A DNA stretch of 33,787 nucleotides from a virus (taxonomy: Duplodnaviria; Heunggongvirae; Uroviricota; Caudoviricetes). The notes beneath the pieces are model-generated. The model did no database searches. It was not told where the DNA came from and saw only the letters and a program-made list of their open reading frames with translations. Position numbers and translations under genes: made by a program. Below are positions 1 to 8,879 of this stretch, one piece after another. Position 1 is the stretch's first letter. Each line of letters begins with the position of its first letter. The DNA lies in the IMG/VR virus record IMGVR_UViG_3300044630_002233, positions 71,787 to 105,573 of that record; one strand, written 5' to 3'.

Positions 1-228
1 TATTAGATAAACATTTCCTGCTGGCGCAGACGCAAACTGAATAGATCTGCCACCATTAGTAATGGTGAACGCAACTCCTGGCTCAAGAATTGCGCCATCA
101 TCTATTACTAATAATGAACTTGCAGATCCAACAAGGTAATCCAGATTGAAGGAGGTAAGGACTCCGTTGGGAGCCAATACCTGCTTCTCGAATACCCCAT
201 ATAAAGGATCTCTTCCGATGTATGCCAT
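1..228 (-). CDS. Partial ORF (runs off the window start): MAYIG-family fibre/virion structural protein, paralogous to 6689-8119
   Basis: Read by hand; absent from the ORF track. ATG at 228 follows TAAGGAG (SD, 8-nt spacer). Translates as MAYIGRDPLYGVFEKQVLAPNGVLTSFNLDYLVGSASSLLVIDDGAILEPGVAFTITNGGRSIQFASAPAGNVYLI with no stop. Same N-terminal module as the 476-aa protein. Confidence 0.85.
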   Translation of the reverse strand, partial: MAYIGRDPLYGVFEKQVLAPNGVLTSFNLDYLVGSASSLLVIDDGAILEPGVAFTITNGGRSIQFASAPAGNVYLI

Positions 229-240
229 CTTCGAGGCTCC

Positions 241-3200
241 TTACGCTTGTGACTCAGACCAAGAAAGTTTTCCTGATACAATAAGTGGTGAAGCTGCAGA
301 AATACCTGTTGTATTACTTGGTTGAACTAGCAACGTCAATAAGTCAGGTCCTGAAGGGAAAACACCGTCTCCACCAAGAATAGCGTTACCCAAGTCAATC
401 AAACCACTAAGGTCAAAGTTACCTGTTGTACCACCAGTTAATTTACCCACATACAAGGTAACACCACCCTGTACAGTATCGCCAGTGTCATGGTCAATAA
501 ATTGTGACAGCGAAGGTGTTCCTACGTTAGTAAATGTCAACTTAGAAGGAGCACCATTCAACACTAGGAACAAGTCAACTTCTTTAGAAGAAGTAACTGA
601 CACTGAGTCAAGAATAACTTGCATGCGGTTAATAATTTCACGCTCACCAAGGAATCCAGTTAGAGAAGAGTCAACTGATGGCGCCAAACGAATTGACATC
701 AATGGTTGAGGTCTTGTCAAGTCAGTAGCAGTAAGTTCACCATATGTTAGCGTTACTGCGCTTGAAATGTCAAGGTACTGTCCTGGATCTGGAATAACCG
801 CAGTAGCTGGGTAGCTTGCATAAATCTTAGAACCTGTACCAAGAACCTTAACCTGAGTAATATATGTACTTGTCGGTAAGATACCACTAGGATCGCGGAT
901 TAGCTGTCCTTGAGTAACTTTCGATGCATCAGTTTGAGAAACAGGGATAGCATAAACCCAAACACGCTTACCTCTTAGTGTAACTTGTTCAAAACCAGAA
1001 ACACCAGTTGTAACTACAGTTCCTGTTGTACCGTTAGCATATACGTATGGTTTAGAGATAGCGGAGAACTTATACGCACCGTCATCAGAGAACAAACCAT
1101 CCATAATAACGGAAGTACCGAAGTGGAATAGTGTTGGAGCTGATGTTGGGTCGTCTCCATTTTCAATCTCATAACGTCCAGGTAAGTTACCTGAGCGGAA
1201 GTAAGATTCGTTCAATCTGTTGTTATGGATAAATTCATGGAAGTAGAACACATGTCCATAACGATCTTTGAAGCCGAAACGGATTTTACCTGCACCGTAC
1301 CATGAGTAGTCAGCATACGCCATCTGAATCTTATGAGGATCAAAGATATAGCCTGATGGACCCTCACCGTCACCACGGTCAATATTCCATTCTGTTCTTG
1401 GAACACGAACGTCAACAGTCTTAGTCAATTTAACCTGTTCTGCTGTAACACCACGATATGGTGGTTGAACAACTAAACGTGTATCAGATTGAATTGAAAC
1501 AACTTTATAAGATTGACCACGAATAGCAACTTTATCGCCAACAACTAGCTGACCAGTAAAGCTGGTATTAGTTCCATCAACAACTTGTGAACCTTTTGTT
1601 ACCGTAATAACACCAGAAAGTTGTAGTGTTGAAGAACGACGTACGCAATAGATTTCTTGTCCGTCATATTCAAAGAAGAAACCGTTTTGATCATCAAACA
1701 TACCTGCACGGATGAATGAATCACGCCATTCGTTTCTGTAGTATTCAGGGAAACCAGAAGCAATAGATTGCAACATAGCGCCACCAGAAACTACAGTAAA
1801 CGTAAACGGATCAATAATACTGTTTACAAGGAATGTAGAGTTATAGAAGTTGGTTCCTGATGTAACAACCGCATCCTGAATAGTAATCTTATCGTTTACT
1901 TGCAAGTTATGAACTTCTTGAGTAAACGCAGTAATCAAGTTAGTTGATGCGCTATAAGTCAACTTCGCTAGTGTCTTAGCAGGAGAGAAGTTAATAGCGA
2001 ATGAGTTTTGAATACCCTTACCTGATTGATAACGGAAGTACTTACGGGATTGACGAACAATCTTACTGTTAGGTGAAGTACCTGCAGTAATATCAACACC
2101 ACCGTCAAATGACTTGTGTAAGTTGTATCCGTCAGGACGTAGGTTAACAGTAGTCTTCAAGAAGTATTTCTGCGCTACTACTGCAGCAGGAATTGTTTCA
2201 AGAACTGTCATTTCAGTATCTGTTAGAACCAAATCAACAGTAAACTTACGCATACGTCCACCAACGAACGTATACATTGGATCACCCTTCTTAAAGTCTG
2301 TTAAGAATTTAGTAGATGTTCCCGCAAAATGTTTAGTGTTAACTGTTGCGTCAACCGTACCAGTAGCAGCCAAACCTTTAATTAAGTTTGCTGTTCTGAT
2401 AGTATGAGTTCCTGTTGGAGCAGTAATTTGAACATAGTTTCCATCAACTGCGTCTGATGGTGAGTTTGCCAAACGGAATGTTGTAGATGTAATTGGAATT
2501 ACGTATCTAGCGTCATCATTGATAATAGATGCATTACCGTTATTTGCGTACTCGATTTGTTCGCCCAATAACAAGTTATGATCTAATGATCCTGAAACAG
2601 TAATAATATCGTTAGCAGTATCTATGTTTGCAGTAGCAATTGAAAATTCACGCTTAGGAACTTCGAATGGGGCTTGAATTGTAAATGTCTTACCACCACC
2701 AGCACCAGGAACGTCAATGATTGGATATGCTCCATCATATGCACCTTGTTGGCTAAGCAATCTTACGTTTTGTGCGCCACTACCTTGTGTTGTAAGAATA
2801 ATATCTTCTGAAGAAGCAGTGATGGTGAAACGCAATTCCCACCAGTTAGTCATACCTGCTGGAGCTTGGTTAACAGCAGATGTTGGGTCTACGTTAACAC
2901 GAATACCTTTAGTTCCATCTGTTCTTAGAAGAGAAGAAACGTCTTTTGGTGTCCAGTTTGTAGCAGTCAACCAAGAAGCAGTAAATTGTTTTGGAGCTAC
3001 GTTACCGATGTTAAACGTACTGTTGACAGTTGTTCCATCAGCATTATAGAATTTCAAAACAACATATTCAGTAGAACGAGCAAAGTCACCACGATATTCA
3101 ATCTTAGTGATTGTTGCTTGAGATGGGTTAATTCCAAGTGGCGTTTGGAAACTTACGTTAAAGTCTGTAGCGTTAGCTGTTGTGTTACCGATTGGCGCAG

Positions 3201-5769
3201 TAACCGCTGTTGCGCCAGCACCAGATGAATTCTTAAAGAATATACGGTTATCGTTCAAACGTGCAATCTTATAAGTAGTTCCGCTTACTAGAGGGCTTGG
3301 TGATGTTCCACTTGTTGTAAAGATACCCTCTGTTGTAGTTGTAATCTTGTGGTTAGCAATATACACAGAGTTGTATGTTGGGTTAATCTTCTGAACAATA
3401 ATATCAAAGTTTAGAGGATAGTCAGTCATGTCGTCCGTATTAGGAGCAACTGTTGGCTGAATTCTAAACAAGTCTTCAGTAATAACTGTAATTCTACATG
3501 TAAAGGTAGCAGAAGCGATAGGAACTGCAGCACCAGTATTATCAACGAACGAGAATCTGTTTGTTGTTGAGTAGCTGTTTACTGTTACTTCAGCAAGGTC
3601 ATTGTTTGCGTATCCGTGCGCTGCCTTAAAGATAGAGTTACGGAAGTTAGCAGGAATATCATCAGCCATCAAGTAGTAAACGTGAGTGCTGTTTCCTGAG
3701 AATACTTGAGTACCTGCGTCAGTGTAGTTTGTATTAATTACACCGAAGGTAGTTGTTCCAGTTACAGTGTTGGTATACTTATGAGAACCAGTACCATAAC
3801 GTCCGTTTAATCTTTGGTTTGGTAGAGCAGAGTAACCATCAAGAGACGTTGTATATGCGGAATCAGGTGTTCTGCTCTGGAAAGCGATCAAACGCTGTGG
3901 AGCACGACCACCCAAACCATAAGTTAGAGCTGCTAAGTCACTACCTGAATGATTCAAGTTTAATGAAGCAGGACGGTATTGACCAGACCAGTAAAGTGTA
4001 ACACCCCAGTTAGAAGTTGGGTTACCGAACTTGTCTCTTGAAACTAGACCACCGTCTGGCAATAAACTGAAACCAGAATAGTAACGACCAGCTGTTGTGC
4101 CAACACCGTTATAAGATGTTCCGTTACCTTGGAAAATAGATGTAGAAATGTCTAGGTTAGGGAATTGTGTTCCTGAACCAGCACCAGCAGCACCAACACG
4201 GTATTGCGCAACACGTCCTGGAGGAGTACCATCACCATAGTATGTCCACAATCCGTTACCAGCAAACAAACCAGTATTAGATGTATAATCAATACGTGAT
4301 ACAGACAACTGCCATGGAATTTGTCCTGTTCCATATGTAGCAGTTAAGTCGTTTAAGAAGTTTTGCTGTGATCCACTGAATGTTTGGCCAGAGAATCCTC
4401 TAGTAACACCGTTAGTGTTTACTGTATTATTTCGGTTGAAGAATGCAGTAAAACGCTGAGTATCTGTCTTTTGTTCAACTTTATAGCATAGACCAAGACG
4501 TGGATGACCTTTTGTAGTATCTAATGATGTTAGAGTAACTACGCTTGCTAGTGTACCGTAATCAGTACATAGTTGGAATGAGTTTGCGTTAACCACTTTA
4601 ACATAGTAAACAGTACCGTCTGTTAACCCACCAGTAGTTTGGCCACGAACTTGTGCTTGGAATACTAAGCAATAATTATCTAAGAATCCATGAGCAGTCC
4701 AAGCGATTGAGTTACCAACAGTATCAATATCAGAACCTGCAAGATACTTGTTATAGGTTGACTGCCAGTCCCATGTAACAACAGGGAACTCTAGGAATCC
4801 ACCACGTGTTGTAATAAGAGTTGCGTCAATATTCTGTGTAGTAGTTAATGCTGGTGAAATATCAACATATGGACGACCATCTGGAGCTGTTGCAGTTGTG
4901 CTAGCAATCGTCAATAATTTTGGACCAATTGTGTTACGGATGTAAATTTTTGTTCTTGGATTTAATCCATGAACTTCTGGTGTGCTAACAAGTAAGTTAG
5001 AGTTTCCTACCGCAGCATCGGTAACAATACCCAAACCATCAGATTCATCTAGCGAAAGAGCAGAACCTTCAAAGAATTTGGCTTGAACAACTGTAGTATA
5101 TGAACCAGAGATTGTTTCTGAACGTGGCGCTTGCTGGTCAATTTCATAGTAGAATTCAGTTGAAGATGTTACACCAGTAATAAGGAAAGCACCTTCAGCT
5201 AATGATAACGTAACACCCTGTACAACAATAGGGTCGCCAAGTTTAATATCAGCACCTTGATTTAATAGAACACGAACAACCTTAGAACCAGCTGTTGTAG
5301 TAATAGATCTTAGACCCTCAAGTGGAACGTCGCCAGACGATGAATAGATTGTAGGAATGTTTTGAACAGTTTGCAGAGTTTCCCACTTAGTACCTTGTAG
5401 ACCATATTCAAAGTCCGTATCAATCAAGTTACCTGGAGTTGAAACACGGAGTTTGTTAACAGGGTCGATCATCGCTTCTTCGAAGCCAATCTTCGTATGA
5501 TCTTCTTCAATAAAGATCTGAAGAATGTCGTCATCTGTACATCCAAGAGCAGATAAGTTTGCCTTTAGATTGTAAACTGTAATTTCTTGACTATCAGAAT
5601 ATGTAAAATTACTATATCCTAATGTTGGATCAGCGAAATTATAGATGATTGCATTGTTGGTTACGTCGGTAATCAACAATAGTCTATTTGGTCTAATATT
5701 ACCAGGAAGCGTAAGAGTATTAGCTGATACGCTCAACTCATATGCTGTATAAATTAACTTTTTTGCCAT
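241..5769 (-). CDS. Large modular virion/tail-fibre-like protein (1842 aa)
   Basis: Long ORF rich in T/G/S/N and beta-strand character. N-terminus (LLLITDVTNNAIIYNFADP; RVSTPGNLIDTDFEYGLQ) resembles cyanophage-type T4-like fibre anchors. Has repeated H-G/N-x modules, two GTxTxF modules and a conserved-looking C-terminal domain (FFFEYDG...SWYGAGKIRFG). SD-like AAGGGA upstream. Confidence 0.7.
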   Translation of the reverse strand: MAKKLIYTAYELSVSANTLTLPGNIRPNRLLLITDVTNNAIIYNFADPTLGYSNFTYSDSQEITVYNLKANLSALGCTDDDILQIFIEEDHTKIGFEEAMIDPVNKLRVSTPGNLIDTDFEYGLQGTKWETLQTVQNIPTIYSSSGDVPLEGLRSITTTAGSKVVRVLLNQGADIKLGDPIVVQGVTLSLAEGAFLITGVTSSTEFYYEIDQQAPRSETISGSYTTVVQAKFFEGSALSLDESDGLGIVTDAAVGNSNLLVSTPEVHGLNPRTKIYIRNTIGPKLLTIASTTATAPDGRPYVDISPALTTTQNIDATLITTRGGFLEFPVVTWDWQSTYNKYLAGSDIDTVGNSIAWTAHGFLDNYCLVFQAQVRGQTTGGLTDGTVYYVKVVNANSFQLCTDYGTLASVVTLTSLDTTKGHPRLGLCYKVEQKTDTQRFTAFFNRNNTVNTNGVTRGFSGQTFSGSQQNFLNDLTATYGTGQIPWQLSVSRIDYTSNTGLFAGNGLWTYYGDGTPPGRVAQYRVGAAGAGSGTQFPNLDISTSIFQGNGTSYNGVGTTAGRYYSGFSLLPDGGLVSRDKFGNPTSNWGVTLYWSGQYRPASLNLNHSGSDLAALTYGLGGRAPQRLIAFQSRTPDSAYTTSLDGYSALPNQRLNGRYGTGSHKYTNTVTGTTTFGVINTNYTDAGTQVFSGNSTHVYYLMADDIPANFRNSIFKAAHGYANNDLAEVTVNSYSTTNRFSFVDNTGAAVPIASATFTCRITVITEDLFRIQPTVAPNTDDMTDYPLNFDIIVQKINPTYNSVYIANHKITTTTEGIFTTSGTSPSPLVSGTTYKIARLNDNRIFFKNSSGAGATAVTAPIGNTTANATDFNVSFQTPLGINPSQATITKIEYRGDFARSTEYVVLKFYNADGTTVNSTFNIGNVAPKQFTASWLTATNWTPKDVSSLLRTDGTKGIRVNVDPTSAVNQAPAGMTNWWELRFTITASSEDIILTTQGSGAQNVRLLSQQGAYDGAYPIIDVPGAGGGKTFTIQAPFEVPKREFSIATANIDTANDIITVSGSLDHNLLLGEQIEYANNGNASIINDDARYVIPITSTTFRLANSPSDAVDGNYVQITAPTGTHTIRTANLIKGLAATGTVDATVNTKHFAGTSTKFLTDFKKGDPMYTFVGGRMRKFTVDLVLTDTEMTVLETIPAAVVAQKYFLKTTVNLRPDGYNLHKSFDGGVDITAGTSPNSKIVRQSRKYFRYQSGKGIQNSFAINFSPAKTLAKLTYSASTNLITAFTQEVHNLQVNDKITIQDAVVTSGTNFYNSTFLVNSIIDPFTFTVVSGGAMLQSIASGFPEYYRNEWRDSFIRAGMFDDQNGFFFEYDGQEIYCVRRSSTLQLSGVITVTKGSQVVDGTNTSFTGQLVVGDKVAIRGQSYKVVSIQSDTRLVVQPPYRGVTAEQVKLTKTVDVRVPRTEWNIDRGDGEGPSGYIFDPHKIQMAYADYSWYGAGKIRFGFKDRYGHVFYFHEFIHNNRLNESYFRSGNLPGRYEIENGDDPTSAPTLFHFGTSVIMDGLFSDDGAYKFSAISKPYVYANGTTGTVVTTGVSGFEQVTLRGKRVWVYAIPVSQTDASKVTQGQLIRDPSGILPTSTYITQVKVLGTGSKIYASYPATAVIPDPGQYLDISSAVTLTYGELTATDLTRPQPLMSIRLAPSVDSSLTGFLGEREIINRMQVILDSVSVTSSKEVDLFLVLNGAPSKLTFTNVGTPSLSQFIDHDTGDTVQGGVTLYVGKLTGGTTGNFDLSGLIDLGNAILGGDGVFPSGPDLLTLLVQPSNTTGISAASPLIVSGKLSWSESQA

Positions 5770-5784
5770 TCTATCATTCCCTTA

Positions 5785-6423
5785 TTAATGACTCTGCGTT
5801 AGATGCTTAATGAACCCGACATGTTTAAAAACTATAAACTGGGATCCTTCAATTCCTGAAACTTTAAATGGTTTATCGAACACCTCAGTATAGATAACAC
5901 CATGAAGTTTAATCTCTTCATTATTTAGTGTTATTCCATTGTCAATTGGTATCAACCTCTTTAATTGTTCTGGGTTTATTTCATAGTACGGTGTCTCTTT
6001 GGTGATAGTAAAAATATCCCCATCCCAGACTCTTTCGCCATTTGGATCGCTAATACAATAAAAGTCTGTCTTAGAAAGACTGACTAATTTGATTTGCTTC
6101 TGAGCAGCTGCCTGTTCAACTTCTTCTTTAGTTGGGATATACCCATCTACTGCCTCAGCTTTTGCAGCATTTTTAAAGTCTACTTCTTTTTTATTCTCTA
6201 GATCTACTAGCGAATAGTGGAACCTTCCTGGACCAAGTTTACCCAAAACTTTCCCAGCTTCATTGACTACATGAACCTCACCTTCTTTGATAAAGGTAAC
6301 AGTACACAATTCTTTCCACGGAATGGTAATCATTCCATAATCATTTTTTTCGCCTGTCAATCTTTGAACTACATAACCTTGATGTCGCTTTACTGCAACC
6401 ACCTTATCATCCCAAACAGCCAT
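5785..6423 (-). CDS. Hypothetical protein (212 aa), possibly double-stranded beta-helix (cupin/cNMP-binding-like)
   Basis: GGAGG SD upstream. Charged composition, unlike the neighbouring fibre proteins. Segment TFIKEGEVHVVNEAGKVLGKLGPGRF resembles a cNMP/cupin barrel. Confidence 0.45.
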   Translation of the reverse strand: MAVWDDKVVAVKRHQGYVVQRLTGEKNDYGMITIPWKELCTVTFIKEGEVHVVNEAGKVLGKLGPGRFHYSLVDLENKKEVDFKNAAKAEAVDGYIPTKEEVEQAAAQKQIKLVSLSKTDFYCISDPNGERVWDGDIFTITKETPYYEINPEQLKRLIPIDNGITLNNEEIKLHGVIYTEVFDKPFKVSGIEGSQFIVFKHVGFIKHLTQSH

Positions 6424-6429
6424 TATAAA

Positions 6430-6669
6430 TTAACCTCCCAGAGCAATACCTAATGCGATAGATGTAGATTGAGTGTTGATAACGTCCCATGTTCTTCCGT
6501 TATGAAGTTCGGTTTTCTTTGCGTTATCGTTAAATCTTGTAATTCCTTTTAGATCGGCTTCGGTGCCAGTTGGACGCTGCGCTTGAGTACCAATAGGTAG
6601 TTTTACAGATTGCCCCTGTAGAACGATATCGTCTTGTAAAGAGTTTGATTTTATTTTACTGATTGCCAT
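6430..6669 (-). CDS. Small fibre-associated protein (79 aa) with LPxGTxAQRP...RFN...W motif and C-terminal SIALGIALGG
   Basis: AAGGA SD at 6676-6680. The LPIGTQAQRP-x8-GITRFN-x5-ELHNGRTW motif is typical of phage fibre segments. Confidence 0.65.
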   Translation of the reverse strand: MAISKIKSNSLQDDIVLQGQSVKLPIGTQAQRPTGTEADLKGITRFNDNAKKTELHNGRTWDVINTQSTSIALGIALGG

Positions 6670-6685
6670 ATGATTTCCTTGAGAC

Positions 6686-6692
6686 TATTTAG
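6686..6692 (-). promoter_or_regulatory. Putative T4-type late promoter box CTAAATA
   Basis: Minus strand reads CTAAATAG, overlapping the stop of the 476-aa gene and 16 nt upstream of the ATG at 6669. The same NTAAATA box recurs before six other genes. Confidence 0.5.
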
Positions 6693-8119
6693 TCGTTAGA
6701 TTGGTACGTAAAATTAAAGAAAAACTCAGTATTATTGTTTATGTTGGTGTTCGTGATATTCGCCAATGTACCAGTAGAAGTGTTGAACAAGGTAATAACA
6801 CCACTGTTCTGCGAGATTCTTCCCGCAATACTATTAGCATTCACACCAACATTATTTGGCAAGACATTTGCAATATGTTCTAGGTATGGCGCAAAAGGCA
6901 ATCCTTCAACAGTTACGTTTCCTGTTAGAGCACCTTTACTTGTTAGAACAATACGTCCTGTACAAATAACTCTGTTTCCAATTTTTGTATATGTACCATA
7001 TGTTACAGCATTACTATAAGTGATTCCAGTTGATGCTCCACCGATTGCTACGGTTGGGAACCACTCGCCTTCTTGATAGTCGTCTAAGGTATATGGATCA
7101 GTAGATGCGCTTGAGTTTGTTGGGAAAGTAATTCTTCCCTTACCAGCCCCAGCAGCAAGAATAATATTTGGGACAGTAATGTCGCCTGTTAATGTATCGC
7201 CAGCTTTATTGACTGGTGTAAATCCAAGGTTAGCAACCGTAGCACCAGTGGCAAGTTTTGGACCTGTTACTGCACCTGCTGCAAGTTTACTTGTAGTTAC
7301 AGCTAGATCTTCGAGAGCACGTGTAGTAACTGAACCATCAGTAAACGCATTTCTAGATACCGTACCAAACCCTAAGTGGAATACTGTTACTTTAACACCA
7401 GCTGACAAACCAACTGCTAATGTTAGTGTTGTTTCGTTTAATGTGAAGTCTACGTTATCTGTATAAACTGAACCGTTGGCTGTTACAATAATTGCTTGAC
7501 TTGATGCTGGCGCAGTTGATAAGTTAAATACCGTCTGTCCAGAAGTAGATGTGAATTTATCTACAGTAAATGCTTTTAGATTTGTTGCTAGAGAATCAAC
7601 CGTAACTGAACCTGCAGCTGGGATTAGTTGATATGTCAATCCACCTTGATGAACAGCGTAAATATTTTGACCAACTTCTGGTACACCTGTAAAATGTAAA
7701 CCAGTATCTTTCTGCAACTCAATCGCAGAAACTGTAGCAGTAGCAATACTAGTACCACCTGCTGTGTTAGAAACGATTGCAGATCCAGTTGAGAATCCTA
7801 GCGCAGATGTTACATACACTTTCACATAGGTAGATGTAGCTTCAACAATTATTCCCTCAGCAGTACCCACACGGATATACTTACTTTCAGAAATTGTTCC
7901 AACCACATTCGTTAATGATAGAAGAACCAAGTCTGAAATTAAATATGCTTCGACTGGCTCTTGAATTACGTTGTCTACAACAACCAATACATTAGATTCA
8001 AATCCTCCTGGGATTGGTTGGTCTAAAGGAAATATGTACTGAACCCCATTACCAAGAAATTCATCTCTTGGTCTTGCGCCAGTAGTTTGGTCTGCTGGTG
8101 TAGAACCGATGTAAGCCAT
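6689..8119 (-). CDS. Tail-fibre-like structural protein (476 aa), MAYIG N-terminus, LDDYxEGxWxP C-terminal domain
   Basis: Two D-x-F-x4-Q-x2-F-x-L modules, degenerate AVTxxKL repeats (DGSVTTRALEDLAVTTSKLAAGAVTGPKLA), and a C-terminal TLDDYQEGEWFPT domain common at phage fibre tips. Confidence 0.7.
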   Translation of the reverse strand: MAYIGSTPADQTTGARPRDEFLGNGVQYIFPLDQPIPGGFESNVLVVVDNVIQEPVEAYLISDLVLLSLTNVVGTISESKYIRVGTAEGIIVEATSTYVKVYVTSALGFSTGSAIVSNTAGGTSIATATVSAIELQKDTGLHFTGVPEVGQNIYAVHQGGLTYQLIPAAGSVTVDSLATNLKAFTVDKFTSTSGQTVFNLSTAPASSQAIIVTANGSVYTDNVDFTLNETTLTLAVGLSAGVKVTVFHLGFGTVSRNAFTDGSVTTRALEDLAVTTSKLAAGAVTGPKLATGATVANLGFTPVNKAGDTLTGDITVPNIILAAGAGKGRITFPTNSSASTDPYTLDDYQEGEWFPTVAIGGASTGITYSNAVTYGTYTKIGNRVICTGRIVLTSKGALTGNVTVEGLPFAPYLEHIANVLPNNVGVNANSIAGRISQNSGVITLFNTSTGTLANITNTNINNNTEFFFNFTYQSND

Positions 8120-8442
8120 TAAACGTCCTCTAGAATAGAACCAATAACATCAATAGATGATGCGGTACTTGAAACGATATTGATTGAATCAGTATTTGTT
8201 AATACAATTTTCTGTCCAGCGATAACCTGTAGAGAACCCCCAACAGGAACTGGAGCATTTTTTACAATATAATAGTCTTGCCCACCAGAAGTAATATAAA
8301 CGCTTGTAGTAACAGAACCTAATGTTGTATTACAAACATCAAGTTCAATAATAATTGCTTTTTTAGATGCTGGTGCTTCGTAAATCTCTACTGGCGTAGT
8401 ACCTACGTTTCTCGCTAATGCATTTTTAAAGTTGTTTGCCAT
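8119..8442 (-). CDS. Small beta-rich virion protein (107 aa, MANNFKN family)
   Basis: All-beta pattern. The MANxFKN start and SILE end match a small protein recurrent in fibre regions of aquatic phages. TAATG coupling to the next gene. Confidence 0.6.
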   Translation of the reverse strand: MANNFKNALARNVGTTPVEIYEAPASKKAIIIELDVCNTTLGSVTTSVYITSGGQDYYIVKNAPVPVGGSLQVIAGQKIVLTNTDSINIVSSTASSIDVIGSILEDV

Positions 8443-8445
8443 GTC

Positions 8446-8655
8446 TTATCCTAACGCAATTGTAATAGCAATTGAAAAATCAGTTCCATCATTAATGGCT
8501 TGAACCAGATTAGTTTGCCCACCACCAAGAGCAGCGATATCGCCAACGTCTTGAACAGTTTGATTAGACTGTGTAATAACTGAGTTTGTCTTTACACGCC
8601 ACTGATCAAAAGTATCAGTTTGCGGTACGGTAACGACTGGTGTTTGCAATGCCAT
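8446..8655 (-). CDS. Small fibre/collar-anchor-like protein (69 aa) with C-terminal SIAITIALG
   Basis: The N-terminal TDTFDQWRVKTN motif resembles fibre/collar N-termini of T4-like phages. TAATG-coupled to the upstream gene. Confidence 0.6.
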   Translation of the reverse strand: MALQTPVVTVPQTDTFDQWRVKTNSVITQSNQTVQDVGDIAALGGGQTNLVQAINDGTDFSIAITIALG

Positions 8656-8879
8656 TATTGTTTATCCAATAGAAGTTTTAACATAGTTTTGATATCTGAA
8701 ATTTCGCTTCTCATATTATTTATCTCTTCTTTCATAGCGTCTTTTTCAGTTATTTCTTTTAGAGCCTTCGCCCTACGTTCTTTATAATATTGAAATGAGT
8801 CTATGTTTGAGTTAACGACCCCACCATCAGCGAGGTCTTTTTTCAAATCAGGAAAATTGTTAACTCTTACTCTGCTCAT
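8655..8879 (-). CDS. Small coiled-coil protein (74 aa) downstream of the DUF4815-like gene
   Basis: Heptad C-terminus (EINNMRSEISDIKTMLKLLL). TAATG coupling on both sides. Size and position match the small ORF that follows this gene in cyanophage-type T4-likes. Confidence 0.65.
   Translation of the reverse strand: MSRVRVNNFPDLKKDLADGGVVNSNIDSFQYYKERRAKALKEITEKDAMKEEINNMRSEISDIKTMLKLLLDKQ

Noticed and set aside
229-8448. Several adjacent fibre-region genes are in the same frame across short gaps (TAA GAC ATG at 8448-8440; 6432-6421; 243-226), raising possible stop readthrough fusions
   Set aside because: All the stops are TAA, which is rarely read through. Each downstream gene has its own SD, and same-frame neighbours occur one time in three by chance.
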